Assembly: GCA_963698725.1 (NCBI GenBank)
Contig: CAVORY010000004.1
Coordinates: 19,951-83,950 of the forward strand
Length of the DNA stretch: 64,000 bases
Direction: 5' to 3'
Origin: an uncultured Acidobacteriota bacterium
GTDB taxonomy: Bacteria > Acidobacteriota > Vicinamibacteria > Vicinamibacterales > Fen-181
The notes under the pieces: model-generated
The model's input: only the letters and a program-made list of their open reading frames with translations
The model's database searches: none
Told to the model about the DNA's origin: nothing
In this document: piece after piece, positions 48,684-59,218 of the stretch
Position numbering within the stretch: the first letter of the stretch is position 1
Layout: every line of letters starts with the position of its first letter
Translations under genes and position numbers: made by a program

Positions 48684-48911
48684 ATGGCCACGTGCCCCGA
48701 GTGTGAAGCCGACATCGACGTCGACGAGGATGAAGTCGACAAGGGCGACGTGATCACGTGCCACGAATGCGGGAGTGATCTCGAGGTGGTCAGCCTCACG
48801 CCGCTCGAACTCGATGTCGCGCTGGAAGACGACGACGAGGACGACGACGAGGACGACGACGAGGACGGCCTCGACGAGGATGACGACGAGGAAGAGGATT
48901 GGGACACGTAG
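48684..48911 (+). CDS. LysW-like zinc-ribbon protein with expanded poly-acidic tail
   Basis: ATG 48684 follows AGGAGGG. MATCPECEADIDVDEDEVDKGDVITCHECGSDLEVVSLTPLELD matches the LysW CPxC...CxxCG..LEV fold. The tail is [28 protein letters not shown]. Confidence 0.65.
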   Translation: MATCPECEADIDVDEDEVDKGDVITCHECGSDLEVVSLTPLELDVALEDDDEDDDEDDDEDGLDEDDDEEEDWDT

Positions 48912-49759
48912 TCGATGCGGAGCGCCGCGACCCGGCCGATCCGCTTGCATCCAAGGAGACGGCGCTCCGCCGTTGCCTCCGGGAACTCGGGTCGGTCGTG
49001 GTGGCGTTCAGCGGGGGCGTTGACAGCACCTGCCTCGCTGCCGTCGCCGCCGAGGTTCTGGGTGACCGCGCCCTGTCGGTGACCGCCGACAGTCCAAGCT
49101 ACCCGAGGCGGCACCGTGACCTGGCGCTTCGCATCGCCCGGGACTTCTCGCTCCGGCATGAGTTCATCTCCACCGCGGAGATGGACGATCCCGCCTATAC
49201 GGTCAATGCCCCCGACCGCTGCTACCACTGCAAGCAGGAGCTGTTCGGGCGCCTGACGGCGCTCGCGCGCGCGCGGGGGTTCGCCGCCGTCGTGGACGGC
49301 AACAACGCGGACGACCGGGGGGACTACCGGCCGGGCCGCGAGGCTGCACGGGAGCGCGGCGTCCGCAGTCCGCTGGACGAGGCCGGCCTCACGAAGGCGG
49401 AGATCCGGCAGATCTCGCGCCGGCTCGGCCTGCCGACCTGGGACGAACCGGCATCCGCCTGCCTGTCCTCCCGCATCCCCTACGGGAGGGAAGTGACGGT
49501 CGACGCGCTCCGGATGATCGAGCAGGCGGAGGACGTGCTGCAGTCGCTCGGGTTCCGGAGCTGCCGCGTGCGGCACCATGGAGACGTCGCGCGCCTCGAA
49601 CTGGATCCGGCGGACATGGCCCGCGCCCTGGCGACCGACGTGAGGGACGCGCTGGTCACTGACCTGAAGGCCATCGGCTTCCGCTACGTCAGCCTCGATC
49701 TCCAGGGTTACCGTACGGGTAGCCTGAACGAAGTGCTCCCGCTCCGGCCGGTATCGTAG
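48899..49759 (+). CDS. LarE-like PP-loop ATP-dependent sulfur transferase (TIGR00268 family)
   Basis: [15 protein letters not shown] (PP-loop), [34 protein letters not shown] (the Cys equivalent to the LarE sacrificial Cys), [20 protein letters not shown] 48899 is the only upstream in-frame start. Confidence 0.7.
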   Translation: MGHVVDAERRDPADPLASKETALRRCLRELGSVVVAFSGGVDSTCLAAVAAEVLGDRALSVTADSPSYPRRHRDLALRIARDFSLRHEFISTAEMDDPAYTVNAPDRCYHCKQELFGRLTALARARGFAAVVDGNNADDRGDYRPGREAARERGVRSPLDEAGLTKAEIRQISRRLGLPTWDEPASACLSSRIPYGREVTVDALRMIEQAEDVLQSLGFRSCRVRHHGDVARLELDPADMARALATDVRDALVTDLKAIGFRYVSLDLQGYRTGSLNEVLPLRPVS

Positions 49760-50495
49760 ATATGCAGCTCTTCGCGATCGCCTCGGCCGCAGCCCGCGGG
49801 TCGTTCGCGGCAATAATGGGGCGTCCCACGACCAGGTAGCTGGCGCCGGCGGCGAGCGCCTCGGCCGCGCTCAGCGTCCGCGCCTGGTCGTCGATGCGCG
49901 GGGCTTCCCCGGGCGCCGGAGCGCCAGGGGCGACGGCGGCAGTCCCGCGTATCCCGGGTGTCACGATCACGAACTCGCGACCGCGCCGCTCGCGAAGCCA
50001 TCGTGTTTCCTGCGGCGAGGCCACCACGCCGTCCAGGCCGGCGTCGGCCGCGAGTGCCGCGAGCGCGGCCACCTGGTCGAGCACCGTCGCGCCCACGCCG
50101 ACGCGGGCGAGCGCCGCCTGGTCGAGGCTCGTGAGCACGGTGACGGCGATCACCAACGGCCGCGGCAGGCCCTCGGCCGCCGCGGCCTCGGCCGCCGCCG
50201 CGGCCGCCGCGCGCATCATCTCGAGGCCTCCCGACGCGTGAACGTTCACCATCCAGGCGCCGAGACGAGTGGCCGCGGCCACGGCCCCGGCCACGGTGTT
50301 CGGGATGTCGTGGAATTTCAGGTCCAGGAACACCCGGTGCCCCTCGCCGACCAGCCGCCTGACGATCGCGGGGCCCTCGGTCGTGAACAGCCGGCTGCCC
50401 ACCTTCACGCCGCCGACGACGCCGGACAGCTCTTTCGCCAGTTCGCACGCCCGGTCCGCGGAATCCACGTCGAGTGCCACCAGCAGTGCGTTCAC
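49689..50495 (-). CDS. pyrF: Orotidine 5'-phosphate decarboxylase
   Basis: GTG (comp. 50493-50495) overlaps the pyrD stop. Motifs: [28 protein letters not shown]. The C-terminal tail overlaps the convergent LarE-like gene by 71 nt. Confidence 0.85.
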   Translation of the reverse strand: MNALLVALDVDSADRACELAKELSGVVGGVKVGSRLFTTEGPAIVRRLVGEGHRVFLDLKFHDIPNTVAGAVAAATRLGAWMVNVHASGGLEMMRAAAAAAAEAAAAEGLPRPLVIAVTVLTSLDQAALARVGVGATVLDQVAALAALAADAGLDGVVASPQETRWLRERRGREFVIVTPGIRGTAAVAPGAPAPGEAPRIDDQARTLSAAEALAAGASYLVVGRPIIAANDPRAAAEAIAKSCISTIPAGAGALRSGYPYGNPGDRG

Positions 50496-51427
50496 GCGCG
50501 CTTCTCCCCGGGGACGTCCATCGTCCCCGTCAGGTCGGCGATCCGTTCGATCCGGTGGCGGCTCATGTAGTCGCGCACCCCCGCCTCGAGCTTGCCCCAG
50601 ATGAACGGGTCGACGAAGCTGGCGGTGCCGACCTGCACCGCCGTCGCGCCGGCAATCACGAACTCCAGGACGTCGGCCGCCGAGGCGATGCCGCCCATTC
50701 CGATGACCGGGATGCGCACGAGGCGCGAGCATTCGTACACCATCCGGACCGCGATCGGCCGGATGGCGGGACCGCTCAACCCGCCCATGACGTTCGACAG
50801 CCTGGGCCGCCGCGTCTCGACGTCGATCGCCATCGCGAGGAACGTGTTGACGAGCGAGACGGCGTCCGCTCCGGCCTCCTCGGCCGCCCTCGCGAACGCC
50901 GCGACGCTGGTCACGTTCGGCGTCAGCTTCGGGATGAGCGGCAGCGTCGTCGCGCGCCGCACGGCGGACACCACCTGGTGGGTGTTGCCGAGGTCGCACC
51001 CGAAAGAAATGCCACCCTCTTTGATGTTCGGGCACGAGATGTTCAGCTCGATGGCGGCGACGCCGTCGGCGTCCGACAGAATCCGCGTCACCTCGACGTA
51101 CTCGTCGATCGTCGTGCCGCACACGTTGACGATGACCGTCGCGCCGCGTTCCCGCAGTTCCGGCAGTTTCTCGCGCACGAACCGGCGCACGCCGATGCCC
51201 TGCAGGCCGATGGCGTTCAGCATCCCGGCCGGCGTTTCGACGATCCGGGGCGGAGGATGCCCCGGTCGCTCGTTGAGGAAGAGCCCTTTGACCACGACGG
51301 CGCCGAGCGAGGAGAGATCGACAACGCCGGCGTACTCGACGCCGTAACCGAAGCACCCGCTCGCCGAGAGGAGGGGCGTCTTCAGCGTCAGCGCACCGAT
51401 CCGGACGGAGAGATCCATGGATGTCAT
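50492..51427 (-). CDS. pyrD: Dihydroorotate dehydrogenase, catalytic subunit (class 1B)
   Basis: ORF 50492..51670 trimmed to ATG (comp. 51425-51427). Motifs: [31 protein letters not shown]. Confidence 0.9.
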   Translation of the reverse strand: MTSMDLSVRIGALTLKTPLLSASGCFGYGVEYAGVVDLSSLGAVVVKGLFLNERPGHPPPRIVETPAGMLNAIGLQGIGVRRFVREKLPELRERGATVIVNVCGTTIDEYVEVTRILSDADGVAAIELNISCPNIKEGGISFGCDLGNTHQVVSAVRRATTLPLIPKLTPNVTSVAAFARAAEEAGADAVSLVNTFLAMAIDVETRRPRLSNVMGGLSGPAIRPIAVRMVYECSRLVRIPVIGMGGIASAADVLEFVIAGATAVQVGTASFVDPFIWGKLEAGVRDYMSRHRIERIADLTGTMDVPGEKRA

Positions 51428-51444
51428 CCCCGGAGCGGCGGTCG

Positions 51445-52269
51445 TCAGGGCCGCCGGTCGTCCCACACGATGTCCTCGGCTGCGAACACCGGGCCCTCGA
51501 CGCACGACCGCGCGTAACGAGTACCGCCCTCCAGCGCTCGGACCCTGATCACGCAGCTGTAGCAGCCGCCCATTCCGCACCCCATCCGCCGCTCGGTGGC
51601 GACCTCGCACGATCGGCCGTGGCGGGCCGCGAGCGCAGCGACCGCCTCGAGCATCGCTTCCGGCCCGCACGCGTAGACCATCACCGGCAGCGCCGGCGGA
51701 CGGGCCGCGAGTTCGCGCGACAGCGGCACCGTTACCCGGCCCCGTTCACCCAGCGTGCCGTCCTCGGTGGCCAGCGTCACGCCGACGCCCATTCCCTCGA
51801 AGCGCTCGACGCAGAAGATCTCGACGCCCGTCCGCGCGCCATAGAAGAGCCGGCCGGAGATGCCTGCGGCCGCCAGATCCTCGCTGAGCGTCGCGAACGG
51901 GGCGAGACCCGTCCCGCCGGCAACCATCCACGCTTCCGACCCGGCCGGCGGCGGCGAGAACGGGCGGCCGAGCGGTCCGAGGCACGACAACCGGCTGCCC
52001 GGCGCGGCGTCCGCAATCAACCGGCTGCCAACGCCGACCCGCTTGTTGAGAATCGAGAACCCTACGACCTCTCCGGCCGGCCCGCGCAGGCGCTCGAAGA
52101 CCGAGTACGGCCTCCGCAGCAGCGGCGTGTCCCCGGCGGCCGCTCGGATCATCACGAACTGGCCCGGCCGAATCGTGCGGGCGAGTTCGGGAGCGCGGAA
52201 GGCCACCACCGCGTAGTCGTCCGAGAGGCGGGTCGAAGCGAGGACTTCGGCGTCGACGTCCACTGGCAT
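51445..52269 (-). CDS. pyrK: Dihydroorotate dehydrogenase electron-transfer subunit
   Basis: RRPYSV (FAD), VAGGTGLAP (NAD), and the C-terminal Cys cluster [13 protein letters not shown] (2Fe-2S). Confidence 0.85.
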   Translation of the reverse strand: MPVDVDAEVLASTRLSDDYAVVAFRAPELARTIRPGQFVMIRAAAGDTPLLRRPYSVFERLRGPAGEVVGFSILNKRVGVGSRLIADAAPGSRLSCLGPLGRPFSPPPAGSEAWMVAGGTGLAPFATLSEDLAAAGISGRLFYGARTGVEIFCVERFEGMGVGVTLATEDGTLGERGRVTVPLSRELAARPPALPVMVYACGPEAMLEAVAALAARHGRSCEVATERRMGCGMGGCYSCVIRVRALEGGTRYARSCVEGPVFAAEDIVWDDRRP

Positions 52270-52346
52270 CGCGCTGAGTATAGCCGAATGGGGGCGGGAC
52301 TTCCGCCGCGGGCTGCTATCATGCCGGCTTCAGGTAGGATCTACCG

Positions 52347-54116
52347 ATGCGGTTCCTCCGGATGTTCAGCAATGCCGTGATCGCGGCCGGCGTCGGCGCG
52401 GTCTACCTGAGCATCCTGTTCCTCCAGCTGAACCCCGGCGTGCCGCTCTATCCCCTGAATCTCGTCGCCCTCACCGTCACCCTGGCGCCGTTCTACGGCG
52501 TTCATCTCGTCGTCGGGTTCTACGCGCTCATCGTCCTCCGGCTGATGATCGGGACCGAACGCCTGTCGCCCGGCTGGGTGAGCCTGCGCCTGCAGACGTG
52601 GCTGCTGACGGCCGACGCGGCCGGGGCGGCAGCGCTCATGTGGTCGAACCTGCGAACGTATTCCGCGATGCTCAGCCTCGACACGTCGCGGCGCATGGCC
52701 GCCGGCGCGGCGATCCTGAGCGTCTGCGCGCTGCTGTTCCTCGGTGTGGCCGTCGCGCACTACTCCTTCGGGCGCCGGAAGGGCCGGGTGGGCGCGAGCG
52801 TCACGGGCATCGCGCTGGCCGCCTCGCTGGTCCTGCCGCTCGTGGCGCGCGGGCCGGGCAAGCTGGCGCCGCTGGTGTCGCGGCCGCTGGATGTCGACGC
52901 CGCCGTCTCGCGGCCTGCCGTGACCGGCCGCGTGATGCTCATCGCCCTCGACGGCGGGTCACTCGACTTCGTGTCCGCGGCGGCGCTTGAAGGGCGCCTC
53001 CCCAACTTCGGGAAGATTCTCGACAGCGGCGCCGCCATGCACCTGGCCACCATCCGGCCGACGCAGCCCGACCCGGTCTGGACGACCGTGGCCACCGGCA
53101 AGCTGCCGGCCCGCACGGGCGTCCGATCGGCGGCCCGCTATCAGGTGCCGGCATCCAGCGATCCGCTCGAGCTGCTGCCTTCCAACTGCTTTGCGCACGG
53201 GCTCGTGCACTTCGGCTTCATCACGGCCGTGCCGCACACGTCGGCGTCCGTGCGCGCGCGGCCGCTGTGGAGCATCCTCGGTTCGGCCGGGCTGATCTCG
53301 GGCGTCGTCAATTGGCCGCTGACCTATCCCGCGCAGCCGGTGCGGGGCTACCTGGTATCCGACCAGTTCTACCGGCCCGGCGCCGCGTTGGCAGAGCCGA
53401 ACGAACCCGGGCGCGACGCCGATCCCGCCGCGCGGCCGTCGCTCCTCTCGATACAGCCGCCCGCGCTGTTCGAGGAGGCCCGCGCGGCTGGCTACAGGGC
53501 GGCCCCGGCAACAGGCGACGTGGCCAGCAGCGGCCTCCTCGACACCCTGCCGGTCGTCACCGATCGCATGTACGAGCAGGTGGCCGCCGCGCTCGGCGAG
53601 GCGGTCCGCCCGGACCTTTCGGTGGTCCGATACCGCGAGCTCGACTCGGCCGGCCACGGGTTCCTCCGTTTTGCCATGCCGCGGGACTTCGGCGACGTGT
53701 CGCCGGAGGAGCAAAGGCGCTACGGTCTCGTCCTCGAGGGGGCGTACGCGCGCGTCGACGTCATCGTCGGGCGGGCTCTGGCCACCCTGGGACCCGACGA
53801 CCTCCTGCTGATCGTGTCCGGCTTCGGCATGGAGCCGCTATCGGTCGGCAGACGGATGCTCGAGCGCTACCTGGGATCGCCGGACCTGTCCGGCACCCAC
53901 CAGGAGGCGCCCGACGGCTTCATGCTCGCCTACGGCGCGGTCATCGCGCCAGGGCGGAAGAGTCGGGCCTCGATTCTCGACGTCGTGCCCACCATCCTCT
54001 ACTTCCTGGGATTGCCCGTCGCGCACGACATGGACGGCCGGGCGCGGATCGACGTGTTCCGCCGGGAGTTCAGCGAGGCCCGCCCGGTGACCGGCATCCG
54101 GACCTACGAGCGCTGA
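52347..54116 (+). CDS. Membrane-anchored alkaline-phosphatase-superfamily (type I phosphodiesterase/nucleotide pyrophosphatase-like) protein
   Basis: About 5 N-terminal TM helices are followed by LIALDGGSLDF and TIRPTQPDPVWTTVATGKLPARTG (metal-ligand Asp and nucleophile Thr context of the AlkP family). Confidence 0.6.
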   Translation: MRFLRMFSNAVIAAGVGAVYLSILFLQLNPGVPLYPLNLVALTVTLAPFYGVHLVVGFYALIVLRLMIGTERLSPGWVSLRLQTWLLTADAAGAAALMWSNLRTYSAMLSLDTSRRMAAGAAILSVCALLFLGVAVAHYSFGRRKGRVGASVTGIALAASLVLPLVARGPGKLAPLVSRPLDVDAAVSRPAVTGRVMLIALDGGSLDFVSAAALEGRLPNFGKILDSGAAMHLATIRPTQPDPVWTTVATGKLPARTGVRSAARYQVPASSDPLELLPSNCFAHGLVHFGFITAVPHTSASVRARPLWSILGSAGLISGVVNWPLTYPAQPVRGYLVSDQFYRPGAALAEPNEPGRDADPAARPSLLSIQPPALFEEARAAGYRAAPATGDVASSGLLDTLPVVTDRMYEQVAAALGEAVRPDLSVVRYRELDSAGHGFLRFAMPRDFGDVSPEEQRRYGLVLEGAYARVDVIVGRALATLGPDDLLLIVSGFGMEPLSVGRRMLERYLGSPDLSGTHQEAPDGFMLAYGAVIAPGRKSRASILDVVPTILYFLGLPVAHDMDGRARIDVFRREFSEARPVTGIRTYER

Positions 54117-54134
54117 ACGCGACGCCGGCCGGCG

Positions 54135-54143
54135 TGCTATACT
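54135..54143 (+). promoter_or_regulatory. Candidate extended -10 promoter (TGcTATACT) of the pyrR-pyrB-pyrC operon
   Basis: gcgTGcTATACTgcc lies about 10 nt upstream of the PyrR-site-like hairpin. Confidence 0.4.
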
Positions 54144-54152
54144 GCCGGCCGC

Positions 54153-54186
54153 TCTTTAAGCCGGCCCCGAGAGGCCGGCAAGATCC
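54153..54186 (+). promoter_or_regulatory. PyrR-binding-loop-like hairpin in the pyr leader
   Basis: The RNA is CUUUAAGCCGGCC-CCGAGA-GGCCGGCAAGAUCC. The stem is GCCGGCC/GGCCGGC. The loop plus closing bases read CCCGAGAGGC, one mismatch from the CCAGAGAGGC core of known PyrR binding loops (from memory). Confidence 0.5.
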
Positions 54187-54287
54187 TGCATGCGCCACCA
54201 AATCTCTCTCGGCGACTCGATTCCCATCGTCACGGTAGCGGCCGGCGCCTGGCCCTGCCCCTGCACTCGTTCCAGCGAGGAGTTCAT

Positions 54288-54836
54288 ATGCCCGTTGTGA
54301 TGGACGCCGATCGGATGGGCCGGACGCTCACCCGGATCGCCCACGAAATCGTGGAGCGCAACCGCGGGGTGGAGAGCCTGGGGCTGGTGGGCGTGAGGAC
54401 CCGCGGCGTGCCGATTGCGACGCGGCTGGCGGCGCGGCTTCGCGAGATCTCGGGGCACGACGTGCCCGTCGGCGCGCTCGACATCACGCTCTACCGCGAC
54501 GACCTGATGCTGAATCCGGTCGGGCCGCAGCCGCTGGTCCGCAGCACCGACATCCCGTTCTCGATCGACGACCGGATCATCGTCCTCGTGGACGACGTAC
54601 TCTACACCGGCCGGACCGTGCGGGCGGCGCTCGACGAGTTGATCGACTTCGGCCGGCCCCGCGCCATCCAGCTCGTCGTCATCGTGGATCGGGGCCACCG
54701 GGAGCTGCCGATCAAGGCCGACTACGTCGGCAAGAACCTGCCCACGTCGCGTGCCGAGAGCGTGTCGGTGCGGCTGCTCGAGACCGACGGGTGCGACGAA
54801 GTCGTCATCGAGAAGGCCGCCGGGGAGGACGCGTGA
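54288..54836 (+). CDS. pyrR: Bifunctional pyr operon regulator / uracil phosphoribosyltransferase PyrR
   Basis: ATG 54288 follows GAGGAG. Motifs: [29 protein letters not shown] (PRPP loop). Confidence 0.9.
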   Translation: MPVVMDADRMGRTLTRIAHEIVERNRGVESLGLVGVRTRGVPIATRLAARLREISGHDVPVGALDITLYRDDLMLNPVGPQPLVRSTDIPFSIDDRIIVLVDDVLYTGRTVRAALDELIDFGRPRAIQLVVIVDRGHRELPIKADYVGKNLPTSRAESVSVRLLETDGCDEVVIEKAAGEDA

Positions 54837-55846
54837 TGAGTGCCGAGACATCCAGCACGACGAACGCCACGCCGCCTGCGCTGCCGGACGAGACGCCGAT
54901 GTCGGCGAACCGGCTGAGGCGGAAGGACCTGGTTGGTATCGCGGAACTGTCCGTCGAGGAGATCGCGCTGATCCTCGACACCGCGGTGGCGATGAAGGAA
55001 ATCTCCTCGCGGACGATCAAGAAGGTGCCGGCGCTGCGCGGGAAGACGGTCGTGAACCTGTTCTTCGAGGCGAGCACCCGCACGCGGACGTCGTTCGAAA
55101 TCGCCGAGAAGCGGCTGAGCGCCGACACCCTCAGCATCGCGGCCAGCACGTCCGCCGTCGTCAAGGGGGAGACGCTGGCCGACACCGCGCACAACATCGA
55201 GGCGATGTCGCCCGATCTGCTCGTCGTCCGCCACTCCTCGTCCGGGGCCTGCCACTTCCTGTCGCGGATCTGCCGGTCGGGCGTGATCAACGCCGGCGAC
55301 GGCATGCACGAGCACCCGACGCAGGCGCTGCTCGACGCGTTCACCATCCGCGAGCGGAAGGGGCGGCTCGCGGGGCTGAAGGTGGCCATCTGCGGCGACC
55401 TCCTCCACAGCCGCGTGCTTCGGTCCAACGTGCTGCTGCTCACGCGGATGGGCGCCGACGTCTGGCTGTGCGGTCCCCCGACGCTCGTGCCGGCCGGCTT
55501 CGGGCGGTCGGGCGTGCACATCACCTCGTCGCTCGACGAGGCCGTCGAGGGCGCCGACGCGGTGATGATGCTGCGCATCCAGCTCGAACGGATGCTCGGC
55601 GGGTACTTCCCGACGCTGCGCGAGTACTTCAACGTGTTCGGAATGACGGTCGAACGCGCGCGGCGCGCGAAGCCCGACGTGCTGATCATGCACCCCGGCC
55701 CGATGAACCGCGGCGTCGAGATTGCGTCGGACCTGGCCGACGGTCCCGACTCGGTTATCCTCGATCAGGTGGCCAACGGCGTGGCCGTTCGTATGGCGGT
55801 GCTGTACCTGCTGTCCGGTGGAGCTGAACATGAAGCGGTTGCTTAA
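54836..55846 (+). CDS. pyrB: Aspartate carbamoyltransferase catalytic subunit
   Basis: ATG 54836 overlaps the pyrR stop. Motifs: [28 protein letters not shown]. Confidence 0.9.
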   Translation: MSAETSSTTNATPPALPDETPMSANRLRRKDLVGIAELSVEEIALILDTAVAMKEISSRTIKKVPALRGKTVVNLFFEASTRTRTSFEIAEKRLSADTLSIAASTSAVVKGETLADTAHNIEAMSPDLLVVRHSSSGACHFLSRICRSGVINAGDGMHEHPTQALLDAFTIRERKGRLAGLKVAICGDLLHSRVLRSNVLLLTRMGADVWLCGPPTLVPAGFGRSGVHITSSLDEAVEGADAVMMLRIQLERMLGGYFPTLREYFNVFGMTVERARRAKPDVLIMHPGPMNRGVEIASDLADGPDSVILDQVANGVAVRMAVLYLLSGGAEHEAVA

Positions 55847-57167
55847 GGGCGGGCATCTCGTCGACCCGCTGCAGGGAATCGACGGCGTGAGGGACGTGCT
55901 GCTGGACGGCGACCGCGTGGTGGAGGTCGGCATCGACCTGCCCGCGGCCGCAGGCGTCGAGGTGGCCGTCGTTCCGGCCGGCTGCGTGGTCTGCCCCGGC
56001 TTCGTGGACATGCACGTGCACCTTCGCGAGCCCGGTCAGGAGCACAAGGAGACCATCGCTACCGGCACCGCGGCGGCGGCGGTCGGCGGCTTCACGGCGG
56101 TCGCCTGCATGCCCAACACGCTGCCGGTGAACGACACCGCCGCCGTCACGCGCGCGATCCTCGAGCGCGCGTCCCTGGTCGGCGCCGTCCGCGTCTACCC
56201 GATCGGAGCGGTGTCGAAGGGCATGAAGGGCGAGAGCCTCTCCGAGATCGCCGACCTGCGCGAGGCGGGCTGCGTGGCGATCTCCGACGACGGGAAGCCG
56301 GTGTTGACCGCGCTGCTGATGCGGCGGGCCCTGGAGTACGCCGGCATGTTCAACCTGCCGGTGATCGACCACTGCGAGGAGCCCACCCTGAAGGGGGAGG
56401 GGGTCGCGCACGAGGGATACATCGCGTCGATGCTCGGTCTGCGCGGCATCCCGGCCACGGCCGAGTCGATCATGGTCGAGCGCGACATCGCGCTGGCCGA
56501 GATGGCGGGCGGTGTCGTCCATATCGCGCACCTGAGCACCCGGCAGGCGCTGCGCGCGGTGTCGGCGGCAAAAGCCAGGGGCGTCGCGGTGACCTGCGAA
56601 GTGACGCCGCACCACTTCGTACTGACCGACGAGCGCCTGACCGCGCCGGTCAGCTACGACACGAACCTCAAGATGAACCCGCCGCTCAGGGAGCAGGCCG
56701 ACGTCGATGCCATCCTTGAAGGCCTCAGGGCAGGAACCGTCGACGTGATCGCCACCGACCACGCGCCGCACCAGCGGGACGAGAAGCACGTGGAATTCGA
56801 CCGGGCGCCGTTCGGCATCATCGGTCTCGAGACCGCCGTGGCGCTGACGCTCGACCGGCTGGTGCACACGGGCGTCATCACGCTCAGCCGAATGGTGCAG
56901 CTGATGTCGGTCAATCCCAGCCGCATCCTGAATCTCCCCGGCGGTACGCTCAGGCCAGGGCGGCCGGCCGATCTCACCATCATCGCCCCGTCGGTACCGA
57001 TGACGGTGGACCTCTCGAAGTCGAAATCGCTGTCGCGCAACTCCCCGTTCGACGGCTGGACGCTGCGCGGCTCGGTGGCCGCCACCATCGTCGGCGGACG
57101 GACGGTTCACGTGAACCACCAGGTCCCTGGCGCCGAGGTGTTCGGGCCGGCCGCCGTCCGCTCATGA
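55830..57167 (+). CDS. pyrC: Dihydroorotase
   Basis: ATG 55830 (17-nt overlap with pyrB). Motifs: [12 protein letters not shown] (HxH), ATDHAPH. Confidence 0.9.
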   Translation: MKRLLKGGHLVDPLQGIDGVRDVLLDGDRVVEVGIDLPAAAGVEVAVVPAGCVVCPGFVDMHVHLREPGQEHKETIATGTAAAAVGGFTAVACMPNTLPVNDTAAVTRAILERASLVGAVRVYPIGAVSKGMKGESLSEIADLREAGCVAISDDGKPVLTALLMRRALEYAGMFNLPVIDHCEEPTLKGEGVAHEGYIASMLGLRGIPATAESIMVERDIALAEMAGGVVHIAHLSTRQALRAVSAAKARGVAVTCEVTPHHFVLTDERLTAPVSYDTNLKMNPPLREQADVDAILEGLRAGTVDVIATDHAPHQRDEKHVEFDRAPFGIIGLETAVALTLDRLVHTGVITLSRMVQLMSVNPSRILNLPGGTLRPGRPADLTIIAPSVPMTVDLSKSKSLSRNSPFDGWTLRGSVAATIVGGRTVHVNHQVPGAEVFGPAAVRS

Positions 57168-58076
57168 GGTCGAGCGCCGTCGCGTCGCCGGGTTGGCGCG
57201 ACGGCCTGAAGGCCGCCCTTGACCGCCTCTACGCCGAGTACAACCGGGCCGACGCCGTCCCGGATCCGATCGACATCGTCCGCCGGTATCCCGAGCGGGC
57301 CGACAGGGAAGTGGTCGGGTTCTGCGCGTCAGGGCTCGCCTTCGGACGGGTGGCCAGCGTGCTGCAGTCGGTGGAGCGCGTGCTGGCGGTGATGGGCCCC
57401 TCGCCCGCGGGGTTCGTCCGCCGCTTCGACCCGCGGCACGACGGTCGCGCCTTCGAGCCGATCGTGCACCGCTGGACCCGGGGTGACGACCTGGCCGCGT
57501 TGATGCTGACCCTGCGCCGGATGATGGACGAGGCGGGTTCGATTGAGGCGTTCTTCCTGCTCGGGCACGGCGCGTCCCGGACGGACGTCGAAGCTTCGAT
57601 CGAGTCGTTCTCGACGCGCGCGCTGGCGCTGGCGCCCGCGGAGGCGCGACGGCGCCCGACCGGTGTGCCGTATTTCTTCCCGCGGCCGTCGACAGGCAGC
57701 GCCTGCAAACGCCTGAACCTGTATCTCCGTTGGATGGTCCGGCGGGACGCGGTCGACTTCGGCGCGTGGTCGGGCGTCTCTCCGTCGCAGCTGATCGTGC
57801 CGCTCGATGTGCACGTCATCCGGCTGGGGCAGTGCCTGGGCTTGACCGCGCTACCGAAGCCCGGGCTGGAAGATGGCGTCCGACATCACGGCGTCGCTTC
57901 GCCGGCTGGACCCGGCCGACCCGGTCCGCTATGACTTCGCGCTGTGCCATGTCGGCATGCGCGACCAGTGCGGCTTCAATCGGCCGGCGGCGGATGTCCG
58001 GTGCCCGCTCCGCGGGTGGTGCCGGCCACGGCGGCGTAGACGGCGAGCGTCGCCTCCACCATCCGGTCGACGCTGA
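57164..58076 (+). pseudogene. TIGR02757/DUF2400-like protein, split by a net +1 frameshift
   Basis: ORF 57164..57934 (ATG overlaps the pyrC stop, ATGA) is credible to ..LIVPLDVHVIRLGQCLGLT. The expected C-terminus (RYRSPGWKMASDITASLRRLDPADPVRYDFALCHVGM..C) lies in frame +1 (ORF 57873..58076). The family assignment is from memory. Confidence 0.55.
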
Positions 58077-59115
58077 ACGCCGTTCGGACGCGCGCGAACC
58101 CCGCCTCAGCCATCCGCCGTCGTTTCGGCTCGTCGCGCAGCATGCCCCGAACGGCCGCCGCGAGGGCGGCGCCGTCGCCCGGAGGCACGAGCACGCCCGT
58201 CTCGCCATCGACGACGACTTCCGGGATCCCGCCGGCCCGCGTCGCGACGATCGGGCGGCCCGCTGCCATCGCGTCGAGCAGCGACGTGCCCAGTCCTTCC
58301 GTCACGGAACTCATCACGAACAGGTCCAGCCCCTTCAGCACGGCCAGCACATCGGTGCGGAAGCCGGCGAAGACGACGTGCTGGGAGAGGTGAAGATGCT
58401 TGACCTGGTGCTCGAGCGTCGGGCGAAGCTCGCCCTCGCCGAGCACGAGGAAGCGGGCCTCCGGCACGTCGCGCACCACGATCGCGGCCGCATCGATCAG
58501 GTGCTTCTGTCCCTTGTGAGGCACCAGCGCGGCGATGTTGCCGACGATCAGCGAGTGAGGCGGGAACCAGTACTCCTCGCGGACGTTCAGCGGCTCGATG
58601 GCGGCCACGCGATCGACGTCGATCCCCTCGTGCACCGTCGTGGCCCGCTCCGCGGGCACGCCGTCCTCGACGAGCATCGCCCGAATCGCGTCCGAGGCGG
58701 TGACGAAGCGATCGACCTGGCGGTACTTCCAGCGTGAAAACGAGTTGCTCTTGATGTGAAAATCGACACGGCGCGCGGCGACGAGCGCCGGGCGCCTCGG
58801 CGGCGAGGCAATCGAAAGGGCGGTGGCCGCGACGGCGACGCCGTGTGGATCGTGCGCGTGGATGACGTCGGGCTGCAGGTCGCGGATGACCCGCGACAGT
58901 CGCCAGGCGGCTGGCAGGTCCACTTCGCCGCGCGGCGCGAGCGGCACCACCTCGATGTCGGCAGGCAGGCGGTTCCGCAGCTCGCCGTTCGGGTGGGCGA
59001 CGACCGCCACTCGGTGGCCGCGGGCCCGGAGGCCCAGGGCGGTCAGCAGCACCTGGTTCTGGCCGCCCCGCCACGTCCGCGCGGTGTCGATCTGGAGTGA
59101 GAACATCTCCGTCAT
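57976..59115 (-). CDS. Glycosyltransferase family 4 (GT-B fold)
   Basis: TWRGGQNQVLLTALGLRARGH, and SVTEGLGTSLLDAMAAGRPIVATRAGGIPEVV (EX7E motif). An alternative ATG lies at comp. 59104-59106. Confidence 0.8.
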   Translation of the reverse strand: MTEMFSLQIDTARTWRGGQNQVLLTALGLRARGHRVAVVAHPNGELRNRLPADIEVVPLAPRGEVDLPAAWRLSRVIRDLQPDVIHAHDPHGVAVAATALSIASPPRRPALVAARRVDFHIKSNSFSRWKYRQVDRFVTASDAIRAMLVEDGVPAERATTVHEGIDVDRVAAIEPLNVREEYWFPPHSLIVGNIAALVPHKGQKHLIDAAAIVVRDVPEARFLVLGEGELRPTLEHQVKHLHLSQHVVFAGFRTDVLAVLKGLDLFVMSSVTEGLGTSLLDAMAAGRPIVATRAGGIPEVVVDGETGVLVPPGDGAALAAAVRGMLRDEPKRRRMAEAGFARVRTAFSVDRMVEATLAVYAAVAGTTRGAGTGHPPPAD

Positions 59116-59118
59116 CCG

Positions 59119-59218
59119 CTGCCAGCTGCCAGCTGCCAGCTGCCAGCTGCCTGCCCACCCTTCGACTCGCTTCGCTCGCTCAGGGCAAGCTGCCTGCGGC
59201 CTACTGCCTACGGCCTGC
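59119..59218. repeat. Intergenic repeat element, copy I: (CTGCCAG)x4, hairpin-core word, CTGCCTA/CGGCCTG repeats
   Basis: Sequence is ctgccag x4, then ctgcctgcccaccc ttcgactcgcttcgctcgctcagggc aagctgcctgcggcctactgcctacggcctgc. The core word is shared with copy E (15885). Confidence 0.85.
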
